Shown here piece after piece: positions 16,581-25,900 of a stretch of 26,172 nt of DNA. The position numbers were made by a program, and so were the translations under genes. The notes under the pieces are model-generated. The model did not search any database. It had not been told where the DNA came from and was given only the letters and a program-made list of their open reading frames with translations. The first letter of the stretch is position 1. Each line of letters opens with the position of its first letter. The stretch is from Endomicrobiia bacterium (lineage in GTDB: Bacteria > Elusimicrobiota > Endomicrobiia > DTEH01): positions 1 to 26,172 of the forward strand of contig JBCNUU010000014.1 of the NCBI GenBank assembly GCA_039630545.1, written 5' to 3'.

Positions 16581-17878
16581 TGCTGTGTTCCTTCTTTTTC
16601 TAGTTCTAATAATTTTTTCATTATATCATCTTCCACACTTTCTTCTTTAATTTCTTTAGATTTTTCTTTTTTAAGTTGTATAGATGGTTGATGTGTGGTT
16701 TGTGGTGTTAACTCCTGTTTAATCTGTGGTGGTTCAGTTTCTGGTTGTTCTGTTTGAATAGTAGTAGATTTTAATAAATCCTTTTTTAATTCCTGTGGTG
16801 GCTGCTGTTGAGGAGTTTCTTCTTTAAATATCTCTTCAAGTAGTTCTTCTTTTACTTTTATTTTTTGCTCTATTATTTCTTTTTTCTTTTCAGTAATTGG
16901 AGAACCAAAACTATAATACAGACTTATATTGTGAATACCATAATTATCTGTTATTCTAAATGGTAAAGAAAAACTATAATGAAAATCTAAATTCATATTT
17001 TTATTTTTTGAAATATTTTTAGAATAACTAGCACCTAAAGAAATGTTATTTAAATTAATCCCCGAGCGTAAAATTATAGGAAATCTCTTAAAGTATAATT
17101 CTAATGAAGTATGAAAATTAAACCTATCTGAAAAATCTCCCCATGTTTGTGCTCTATAGGATATATCGCAATTTATATTAAATCTATTTATAATTTTGTT
17201 ATCTTCAAGCGGTTTTCTAAAGGAAATACCTGTTTTTATATCCTGGGGAACAATATCTTCATAATAAATTCCCACATTAGCAGGAATAACATTATTAAAA
17301 CTAAAACCCAAATAGGTTATTCTGCCTAATCTTATCAAACAACCGATATCTAAAGTAAAAGCAGAAGCAGAAGTACCTTTAGTTAACACAGGATCTCCTA
17401 AGTATTCTGCAAGTTTTTTAGCTTCTTCATCTAAAATATAAGAATGCGAAAGGAATTTAAAATTTATTCCGGTATATATTTCTGTAGCTAAACTTTCAAA
17501 AAAATCATTTAATTTATTAGAGTAAAACAAATAAACCAAATTTTCTTTGTATAAGTTTCCAGCACCGAAATGAACATAATTCAATCCTAAACAACCAAGA
17601 GCTTCAATAGGATGTAAATATCCAATACCTGCTAAACTTAACCCTTCGACAGGAAGCCCAACATATGGCAAAGAGTAAGAAATATTCACAGTTTTGACTA
17701 AAACTTGTCTTAATCCAGCAGGATTATAAAAAACAGCTGAAAGATCATCTGCTAAACCCACAAAACCACCAGCTAACCCATTTGTTCTTGCTGAACTATC
17801 TATGTGTTGAAATGCACTAAATGAAAAATATGTAAAAGATATTAATGTTAATGTCAATAAAGTAATGTTAAGTTTCAT
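16577..17878 (-). CDS. PorV/PorP(SprF)-like outer-membrane barrel with a 109-aa charged, Pro/Gln-rich C-terminal extension
   Basis: Signal peptide; SARTNGLAGGFVGLADDLSAVFYNPAGL; FTLDIG; barrel ends ...GIHNISLYYSF, followed by a low-complexity E/K/Q/P/T tail (16580-16906). Confidence 0.8.
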   Translation of the reverse strand: MKLNITLLTLTLISFTYFSFSAFQHIDSSARTNGLAGGFVGLADDLSAVFYNPAGLRQVLVKTVNISYSLPYVGLPVEGLSLAGIGYLHPIEALGCLGLNYVHFGAGNLYKENLVYLFYSNKLNDFFESLATEIYTGINFKFLSHSYILDEEAKKLAEYLGDPVLTKGTSASAFTLDIGCLIRLGRITYLGFSFNNVIPANVGIYYEDIVPQDIKTGISFRKPLEDNKIINRFNINCDISYRAQTWGDFSDRFNFHTSLELYFKRFPIILRSGINLNNISLGASYSKNISKNKNMNLDFHYSFSLPFRITDNYGIHNISLYYSFGSPITEKKKEIIEQKIKVKEELLEEIFKEETPQQQPPQELKKDLLKSTTIQTEQPETEPPQIKQELTPQTTHQPSIQLKKEKSKEIKEESVEDDIMKKLLELEKEGTQQ

Positions 17879-17883
17879 GTTTT

Positions 17884-18294
17884 TTATTCTGTAAATGAAA
17901 TATTTGTTATATTAGCTGCTGCACAGGCATTTAAAACATTTACCACATTTTGGTGATGTGTTTCTTTATCTGCTTCAATTATTACCGATTGATCAGGGAA
18001 AAACTTCTTAAGTCTAGAAAGTAAACCAATTAGTTCAGGAATTTCATATTTTACCACCTGATATTCTTTGTTTCCAACAAATATTCTTCCATATTTGTCT
18101 ATTCTTACAACTACATCTTCCATTTTTTTCTGAACCACTTGTTCTGACATAACAGGAATATTAGACCTTAAATCCCTTTCATATTTTTGGAAAGTAGTAG
18201 CACACATGAAAAATATTATAAGTTGAAACACTATATCTATCATTGGTGCCATCTGCATTTCAACTTGTTCTTCTTCTGGTTCCTGTAGTTTCAT
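17884..18294 (-). CDS. exbD: ExbD/TolR-family biopolymer transport protein
   Basis: MAPMIDIVFQLIIFFM transmembrane segment with the conserved Asp; periplasmic VIIEADKETHHQNVVNVLNAC..ANITNISF. SD GGAGG. Confidence 0.93.
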   Translation of the reverse strand: MKLQEPEEEQVEMQMAPMIDIVFQLIIFFMCATTFQKYERDLRSNIPVMSEQVVQKKMEDVVVRIDKYGRIFVGNKEYQVVKYEIPELIGLLSRLKKFFPDQSVIIEADKETHHQNVVNVLNACAAANITNISFTE

Positions 18295-18313
18295 GTTGCC
18301 TCCAAATATTATG

Positions 18314-18730
18314 TTATTCTCTTTGTACAGATGTAAACGCTATTTTACTTATACCATTTTCCGAACAAGCTTTTATGGCTTTTAAAACATATTTATGAGG
18401 TGTTCTGGCATCTGCTCTTATAGTAGCAGAAAAATCTACTTCAGGATTCTTTTTTACTGTTGTATATATTAAGTCAACTAATGAGTTTTCATCATATTTT
18501 CGCTGATTAACTACATATGTCCCATCTACTTTTATATTAATCAAAATTTCTCCAGGATTTGGTTGTTTCTCTTGAGAGTAAAAAGCTACTGGTAATTTTA
18601 TATCTTCTTCCACCTGTAAGTTATTAAATGTTGAAACAACCATAAAAAATATTATAAGCTGAAATACTATATCTATCATTGGTGACATTTGAAAACCTAC
18701 TTCTTCTTCTTTTTGAGGTTTTAATTTCAT
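18314..18730 (-). CDS. exbD: ExbD/TolR-family biopolymer transport protein
   Basis: MSPMIDIVFQLIIFFM with the conserved Asp; LPVA; TIRADARTPHKYVLKAIKAC..NGISKIAF. SD GGAGGTGAGG. Confidence 0.93.
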   Translation of the reverse strand: MKLKPQKEEEVGFQMSPMIDIVFQLIIFFMVVSTFNNLQVEEDIKLPVAFYSQEKQPNPGEILINIKVDGTYVVNQRKYDENSLVDLIYTTVKKNPEVDFSATIRADARTPHKYVLKAIKACSENGISKIAFTSVQRE

Positions 18731-18778
18731 AAAACCTCACCTCCATTTAAACATGCAATGGTAAATAAAAAATAAATT

Positions 18779-19594
18779 TTATTCTTCTTGTTGAGAAGCA
18801 GTTCCTCTTTTGCTATAACATAAATTATCAATAAAATCCGAGGCTAACACACTTAAATGTGTGGCAATATTTCTAATTTTACCTCTAATAAAGAAATAAA
18901 ATGACATCACAGGTATTGCTATTATTAAACCTGCTGCAGTTGTAATTAAAGCTTCAGAAACACCCTTAGCAAGAAGTTCTGGTTTTCCTAATCCTGCCTG
19001 AAAAGCTATAACATTGAAGGCATTTATCATACCAGTAACAGTACCTAAAAGACCCAACATTGGGGCTACTACTGCTACAGAATTAATATACATATTTTCC
19101 TGTGTAAGATCTCCTATCACTTTATCCAGCGTTTCGCCTACTACTGCTTCTATGTCATTTTTTCTATAATCTCTTTTCTCTATACCAGCTAAAAAAGCTT
19201 TACATATCACTAAAGGTGAATTTTTACATATTTCTGTAGCTTTTTCATATTCTTTTGCTAAAATTAAATCGTTCACTTCTTTTACTATTTTAGGATCAGA
19301 AAAATTTTTGAGTTTTAATTTAAAAACCAACATGTCTATAATTAAAGCCGTACCAATTATAGAAGACAAAGCTAATGGTATCATTACTGGACCACCGGCT
19401 ACTAATAAACCCCATAATGTCATTTTTGGAGCTTCTGCTGGTGGTTGTTCAGGTTGAGGCATCGATAGATCTAAAGGTACCGCTTGTTGAGTTTGCTTTT
19501 GCTGTTGCGTCTGAGCTACTAAAAGTGAACTATAACATATTATACAATAAAGAAAATTTAGTACCACAATCGCTTTTAAAACCTTTTTCATCAT
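18779..19594 (-). CDS. exbB: MotA/TolQ/ExbB proton-channel family protein with an N-terminal signal peptide and Gln/Pro-rich linker
   Basis: GGPVMIPL; APMLGLLGTVTGMINAF; LAKGVSEALITTAAGLIIAIP; adjacent to two exbD genes. SD AGGAGG. Confidence 0.93.
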   Translation of the reverse strand: MMKKVLKAIVVLNFLYCIICYSSLLVAQTQQQKQTQQAVPLDLSMPQPEQPPAEAPKMTLWGLLVAGGPVMIPLALSSIIGTALIIDMLVFKLKLKNFSDPKIVKEVNDLILAKEYEKATEICKNSPLVICKAFLAGIEKRDYRKNDIEAVVGETLDKVIGDLTQENMYINSVAVVAPMLGLLGTVTGMINAFNVIAFQAGLGKPELLAKGVSEALITTAAGLIIAIPVMSFYFFIRGKIRNIATHLSVLASDFIDNLCYSKRGTASQQEE

Positions 19595-19615
19595 ACATCC
19601 TCCTTTTTTGTTAAG

Positions 19616-22453
19616 TTATTTTAATTTTTCTGCAGCTTTTGATGCATATTCTGAGTTAGGATATTTCTGAACTATTTCTTTATACATCTCTTTGGCTTTT
19701 TCTATTTCTCCTAACTTTTCATAACAGTTACCAGCTTTAAAGTAAGCAGGTAATAAGTATTGTGGCTGGTTTCCATAAACCAAAACTATTTTAGCATAAT
19801 ATTTTAATGCCTGTTGATAGTCTTCAATTAGAAAATAGCTTTCTGCCAACATAAAAATCCAATCAGGACCTTCCTTTTCTTCTAAAATTGGAACCACCTT
19901 TTCTAATATTTCAGCTGCTTTTTTATAATTACCTATTATATAATAACTTTTTCCCAAAGTCTGCAGTACAACTGGCACATTTTGTAATTTTGAGTAATAG
20001 GGTCCTACTAAAGAAACTACTTCACTACTTAATGTTTTGTCATTTAAAGCAATATAACACTCGCTTAAGCCCCAGGCGGCGTTTTCGGCTGTTTTACTTT
20101 TTGGTGCTGTTTGAATAGATTTTTTATAATAAGTATATGCATTTTTATAATCTTTGCCATTAAAAAATATATCTGCTATAAAATAATATTCATCAGCATT
20201 TCCTTTGTATTTTGATAAACCATCTTCAACCATATATAAGTATTTTACAGCAGATGTGTAGTCTTTTTTAAGATAATAAAACTCTGCTACCTTTAAGGCT
20301 ACTATTGTGCCTACTTTAACAGATTTGTATTGATCTATAATTTTACTAAGTAAACCAACAGTCTCTTCTTCTGTTTTTGATAATTTTTTCATTGATAATT
20401 CAAAAATTTTATCTACTATTGAAAATAAAATAGATGTTTCCAATTGGGGTTTTTCATAAAAAGATAAAAGTTTAATATATTCATTTATTGCTGATTCATA
20501 TTGTTTAAGTTTTTCAAAACATTCTGCTTTATCATACTGTGCAACCACTACATTTTCATCATCAGGAAATTTAACTATTAAGTTTTCAAAATAAGATGTA
20601 GCATCTTGATATAAGCCTTGCTCTTTATTAAACCAACCAAGCCAGTACAAGGAAGTTGGTGCTACTTTAGGATCATCTGGATATTTTTCTAAAATTTTTT
20701 TAAGCATCGCAGCCATATCTGAGTATTGTTTATTTTCTTTATACACCACAGCTACCTGCAACATTGCATCTTTTACCATTTCATGGTTGGGATATCTATT
20801 TACAAAATCAACATAATAGTTTATAGCATTCTGATAGTCTTTAAGTTCTAGATATAAGTTTCCAATTATTATTAACACATTTGGTACTTCAGGATCAGTT
20901 GGGTATCTATCTATAAAAGTATTATAGTAAAAAATAGCATTTTTTAAATCACCTATAGTTTTGTAAATTTCAGAAAGTTGAACTATTGCTGCTTTTACAT
21001 ACTCTTGTTCATTTGGATGTTTTGAAAGTATATTTTTATATTCCTCTATAGATGTTTTATAATCTTTTAATTCAAAAAATGACATTGCAAGATTACTTCT
21101 TGCCACCACTGCATATTCACTTGAGGGAAATTTTTCCAGAAATTCTTTATATAATTTTATAGCCTCACGATACTCTTTAATCATAAAAAATGAAGTAGCT
21201 ATTATATAAGTTGCAGGTTCTATATACTCTTTTTTTGTAAAATTAAATACTCCATTTTTATATTCGGATGTAATAATTTGGTATACTTTATCATTAAAAA
21301 GTGCTTGAAGAAGTTGAATTTTTGCATCTTCATCCTTAATTTCTGCTATTTTCTTCACAAGTTGGTCGTACTTGCCTTGTTTTGCAAAAAGAAGAGCTTC
21401 TGCTTGCGGAATTTTAGCTATTATTTCTTTTTCTTCTTTGTATTTTGTTTTAAGTATGGTAAATGTTTTATCTGCTATATCAAGTCTTCCCTTAGCTAAA
21501 TAACAGCTACCAATTTTGAATAAAGTTTCGGGATAAAAATTTTTAGATTCTTTTGCTTCTTGATAAAGAGCTTCGTAATCATATTCTTTCCACCATTGTT
21601 GTTCTTCAACTCTATCATATAAAGTCTCAGAAAAAGTTGCTTCAAGACCGCGTCTTTTGGCTTCTCTATAATCTTTAAGTTTTGCTTCTACAATTTTTAA
21701 AAGCTCTTGTTTATCTTTTACCATATTGTAGTAAATAAGTGCTTTATCGTAATCTCCCTTTATAAAGAAGTATTCAGCTACGTTAAAATAAATTTCATTT
21801 AATCTGATAATGTTTGGAGATTTCTCTACATCTTCTAATCTTTTAAGTGCTTCCTGAGGTTGTTCTTTTTGCAAAAATACTCCTATAAGAAAATACTTAA
21901 CATCAGGCATCAAAGCACTTCTTTTAAATTTTCTTTCCATATCTTTAAGGACAGAGATTGCTTCGTCCAGTTTTTGTGAATCATATAAACTTTTTGCTAG
22001 ATTAAAATATGCTAAAGGTAAATATGGACTTGAGGGAATTTTATTTATAAACATTTGATAAGAAACAACAGCATAATCGTGTTTTTTCTTATTAAAATAA
22101 TACTCTCCTATAAAAAACAAAGCTGTTTTACCAATTATTTCATCTTTATAATCTCTCGCTATTTCTTTAGCAACAGAAAACATTTCATCGTACATTTTAT
22201 TTTTATAGTAACTTACCATCAAATTAAATTTCGCTTCTTTATAAATATCTTCTAAATCTTTATATTTAGTTGTAATAACTAAATACTTAGCTATTGCCGC
22301 ATCATATCTACCTTGATCCATTAACTTTTCTGCTTCTTGATACATCTGGATTGCCTCTGACTGTTTCGGATTAGAAATTTGTTCTCTTATTTGAAATATA
22401 CTTTGTACCAGAAAGAAAAAAGTTAAACCTATAAGTCCTAATTTTGTAATCAT
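19616..22453 (-). CDS. Large exported tetratricopeptide-repeat protein (BamD/CpoB-like repeats)
   Basis: N-terminal hydrophobic signal or anchor, no lipobox. Many TPR units (e.g. EAIKLYKEFLEKFPSSEY, NAINYYVDFVNRYPNHEM), ending AGNCYEKLGEIEKAKEMYKEIVQKYPNSEYASKA. Confidence 0.9.
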   Translation of the reverse strand: MITKLGLIGLTFFFLVQSIFQIREQISNPKQSEAIQMYQEAEKLMDQGRYDAAIAKYLVITTKYKDLEDIYKEAKFNLMVSYYKNKMYDEMFSVAKEIARDYKDEIIGKTALFFIGEYYFNKKKHDYAVVSYQMFINKIPSSPYLPLAYFNLAKSLYDSQKLDEAISVLKDMERKFKRSALMPDVKYFLIGVFLQKEQPQEALKRLEDVEKSPNIIRLNEIYFNVAEYFFIKGDYDKALIYYNMVKDKQELLKIVEAKLKDYREAKRRGLEATFSETLYDRVEEQQWWKEYDYEALYQEAKESKNFYPETLFKIGSCYLAKGRLDIADKTFTILKTKYKEEKEIIAKIPQAEALLFAKQGKYDQLVKKIAEIKDEDAKIQLLQALFNDKVYQIITSEYKNGVFNFTKKEYIEPATYIIATSFFMIKEYREAIKLYKEFLEKFPSSEYAVVARSNLAMSFFELKDYKTSIEEYKNILSKHPNEQEYVKAAIVQLSEIYKTIGDLKNAIFYYNTFIDRYPTDPEVPNVLIIIGNLYLELKDYQNAINYYVDFVNRYPNHEMVKDAMLQVAVVYKENKQYSDMAAMLKKILEKYPDDPKVAPTSLYWLGWFNKEQGLYQDATSYFENLIVKFPDDENVVVAQYDKAECFEKLKQYESAINEYIKLLSFYEKPQLETSILFSIVDKIFELSMKKLSKTEEETVGLLSKIIDQYKSVKVGTIVALKVAEFYYLKKDYTSAVKYLYMVEDGLSKYKGNADEYYFIADIFFNGKDYKNAYTYYKKSIQTAPKSKTAENAAWGLSECYIALNDKTLSSEVVSLVGPYYSKLQNVPVVLQTLGKSYYIIGNYKKAAEILEKVVPILEEKEGPDWIFMLAESYFLIEDYQQALKYYAKIVLVYGNQPQYLLPAYFKAGNCYEKLGEIEKAKEMYKEIVQKYPNSEYASKAAEKLK

Positions 22454-22462
22454 ATGGAGCTA

Positions 22463-22981
22463 TTAGTTAAAGAATGATTTATATTTTCTTATTATTCCAT
22501 TTACTAAAATACTTACCACTACAATAAACAACGCATAATTTACTATCTCTCCTACTCTTATAAGTTTTGTATCCGCACTCACTAAATAAGGAACTACCCT
22601 CATGTAAAATATCAAAATTAACCCTATTGAGGAAATTAAAGAAACAAAAAAAGTTCTTAAAAAATCACTATAAACAGCTGTACCTAAACAACTCAACATT
22701 AAAAGCAACCATATTGGTGTCCAAAAAGGGATAAACATATAAACTAATACTAAATTTAAAAGCAAATTTACCACCACTCTTATTAAAACTAAAATAGCTA
22801 AAGAAGAAGTTTTTAACATAGCTGTAACATTATTAAAAACTATAGTAAATAAAACAATTAAAAGACCTATACCTGCTAAAATGGTATCTGCATTTGAAAT
22901 CAAAACTGCACATATTATCAAAAAAGCAGCTAACGGGGTAAGAAACACATGAATAGTTTTTACTTCTTTTTTTAATTCCAT
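22463..22981 (-). CDS. Integral inner-membrane protein of unknown function (about 5-6 TM helices)
   Basis: 172 aa, almost entirely hydrophobic segments with short loops. SD AGGAGG. Confidence 0.75.
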   Translation of the reverse strand: MELKKEVKTIHVFLTPLAAFLIICAVLISNADTILAGIGLLIVLFTIVFNNVTAMLKTSSLAILVLIRVVVNLLLNLVLVYMFIPFWTPIWLLLMLSCLGTAVYSDFLRTFFVSLISSIGLILIFYMRVVPYLVSADTKLIRVGEIVNYALFIVVVSILVNGIIRKYKSFFN

Positions 22982-22993
22982 AAAAAATCCTCC

Positions 22994-25900
22994 TTATCTA
23001 AATATAATAAATTTTTCAGTAAGATATTTTTTGGATTTGTTTTTTAGCATAAGTTTACATACATACACACCGGAATGGACTAATTCATTGCTGTTACTTA
23101 CTCCATCCCAGTTTATAGTATTCCAACCTTTAATACCACCAGGTGCGCCTTTTACAAATTCATAATTTTTTATAATTCTTCCAAACATATCATATATAAC
23201 GACAAATACATCAGCATCTTCATCCAGATAATAACTGATATTTAAATTTTTTTGTGATATTCTAAAAGGAACAGGATAAATATTTAAAGTGTTTTTATCA
23301 AGATAAACATCTTCCTGGGAAGGTGTTGTTTTTTTAGAAACATTTATAACAAATTCTTTTGAAGAAGTCAATCCCATATTGTCAGTAACTACTAAAGTAA
23401 CTTTGTAATTGCCCTCTTTTTTATATATATGAGACACTATCTTACCTGAAGCAGATGTTCCATCTCCAAAACTCCAGACATACGAAACAATAGTTCCATC
23501 TATATCCACAGAAGAAGATGCATCAAAAGTAACTTCTTTTTCAACTTCACAATCTAAAGGAACAATTACATCAATTACAGGCGTTGCAGAAAATAAAATT
23601 TTTACAGAATCCGTACTTATTAATCCATCATCTCCTACAGCTGTCAAAATAACAGTGTATGAAGAGGTGACACTGCTATATACGTGTCTTATCTCAGAAG
23701 AAGTTGATGTAATAATATTACCATCCCCTAAATCCCATATATATTCAACAATATTTCCATTAGGATATTCTGCTAAAGCTTTTAACTCTAATTCTTCTGA
23801 ATATCCAAGAACAATTGTTTTTGTTTCGTTTAATATATGCTTGCTAGAGGTTATCTTTGCATGAGGGTAACCTCTTACTATAACTTTTACTGTTGTGGAA
23901 CTTACAAGAAAATCATTATCTAAAACATACAACTCAACTGTAAATGTTCCAATATCTACATAAGTATGAGAAACAGTTTTAAATTCATTAAATGAACCAG
24001 AAGAGATACTTGTTTCATAGTCGCCAAACCACCAAAATACATCTGTTATCTCGCCATCCGGATCGTAGGAATCACTACAATCAAAAGTCACAGGTTGATT
24101 TATTCGGGCTTGTTTTATACTTTCACCACTTATTTTAGCAACCGGGAAAATTTTAGGTATTTCTATTGGTGGTTCTTCCGGAATAGTTAAAATTTCAGGT
24201 GTTGCTGGTAGAGGAATCAAAATATTTATATAACTATAAAATCCATCGTTATCAAAAGCAGTCACAGTAAATGTGAATGTAGTATAAGTAAAGGTGTAGG
24301 TACTTGCAGGAGTAGTGTAGTATGTATGTGTTACATAAGGGACCTGTGTGGTTTGAACTTCTCCATCGCCAAAGTTCCACATATATCTTACAATTTGCCC
24401 ATCTAAATCATAAGAATTACTAAAATCAACATAAACAGTAAACTGATTCATCTGCCAATTATATTCTATAAAATAAAATGTTGTAAGCTGTAAAATAGGA
24501 GCAGATCTTGTTCTGTAATAAAAAGTAATATCATCGAACCTAGGAGTTTCCCTTATTCCTAAAACATTTCTTCCTTGTTGATCCTTTACTGAATATGCTA
24601 CTGTGCTGTAAAAAATTATGCTATATTCTATTAAAGAACCATTAGTTAATATATTTATTTCTTTATCTTTTTGCAATTTTATCCAATTATAATTCACTGC
24701 GTCAGTAGAACCAAACACAAACACATCTAAAAAAGTTGAAGGAGGAACATTTGCTGTCCAGGTCACTGAAGAAATAACTGAAGGTGCTCCACAGTCAAAA
24801 ACTCCAGATCTATAGCTACCTAATGCATAATAAAAATCTTTTGGATCTTCACCATCATCAATTACAACTGGTTCAGGATACACATATTTTCTTACCATTA
24901 TGTCGTCTATTATATGTTCATTACCACTTGAAGCTGCTGAGAAACCTAAAGAAGTATAAGTTTTGTCTATTATAGCCGTATAGTTTATCCTATCCATGAA
25001 CACTCCATTTGGATCGATTGTTCTTACAAAAATATTAGAGGAACTCGTATATTGAGTAAAAGTAAACTCTACAGTATACCATTTCTCATCCCGCACAGCA
25101 TCAGTTGAATAAGGAGTACCCGCAATGTGTGGATAAGTTACATCCTTTATTAAAGCAAAATGTGCAGCATTATTTACATCTGTTTCTCCACTCCATACAG
25201 CATCAAGTTCCAACCCATACCCTGGACCGGAACCACCTGAAGTAAATCCTAAATAAGAACCAGTATCTGGATAAGAACCAGCTGCAAATTTTTGCTTGTA
25301 AAACATAAATGTCATTCCTTCACCACCATCTGCAATATTATTATAATTTGTTACACAATATCTAAATTTAGCCTGCCAGGAAGATGTGGTGGGTAAAGAA
25401 TAATTCTTTATAAATATAGCTCCTGCTGTTCCACCTGCAGTTTTGGTTAAAGAAAAGTTTCTTGCTGTGGAATTCCATACACAAGCAGAAGTTGGCTGGT
25501 TTCTATCATATACATCCCAGTAACCACTTGTCCTTGGGTCTGAAGAAAAATCTTCAAAAACTTCAAATACAGCTCTTCCATCAGCTGCTGAAACTGCTTG
25601 AGGATTTCCATAATACATATAAATTTTTACATAAGATGGATTATTAATTGAACCAGCAGGAATTGTAGAAATTTTTATCCATATTTTTGTATTTTCTGTA
25701 TTAATACCTGACTCAATATAATGTGGTAAAAGCGTTTGATTGTCTTCTGCTACAAATCTTATATCTGAACAATCATTTTTCATTTTACCAGCCGAAATTA
25801 ACGCCTTTGTGTTAGTTGTGAATAACACCTGGAAGTTATTTAGTTGTTGATTTACAAAATTGAACACATAAAGCACTCTTCTGTAGCGCCAGTTTGAATC

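Noticed and set aside
18743..18761. CCATT-N9-AATGG hairpin between exbB and exbD
   Set aside because: A 5-bp stem is too weak to call a terminator or regulatory structure.
8097..22453. Cellulose-synthesis (bcs) operon reading of GH8 + TPR + barrel (BcsZ/BcsC-like)
   Set aside because: No GT2 synthase or BcsB is in the window. The GH8 is CelA-like with a CTD, and GH9 and CBMs point to degradation. A synthase beyond the window edges cannot be excluded.
17884..22453. Flagellar MotAB or Tol-Pal assignment
   Set aside because: The small subunits lack MotB's OmpA-like peptidoglycan-binding domain; no tolA, tolB or pal is present; the TPR protein is much longer than CpoB.
969..25647. All short plus-strand ORFs in the track (60-100 aa)
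   Set aside because: Each lies antisense to long, motif-supported minus-strand genes and has no recognisable motif. They are shadow ORFs.
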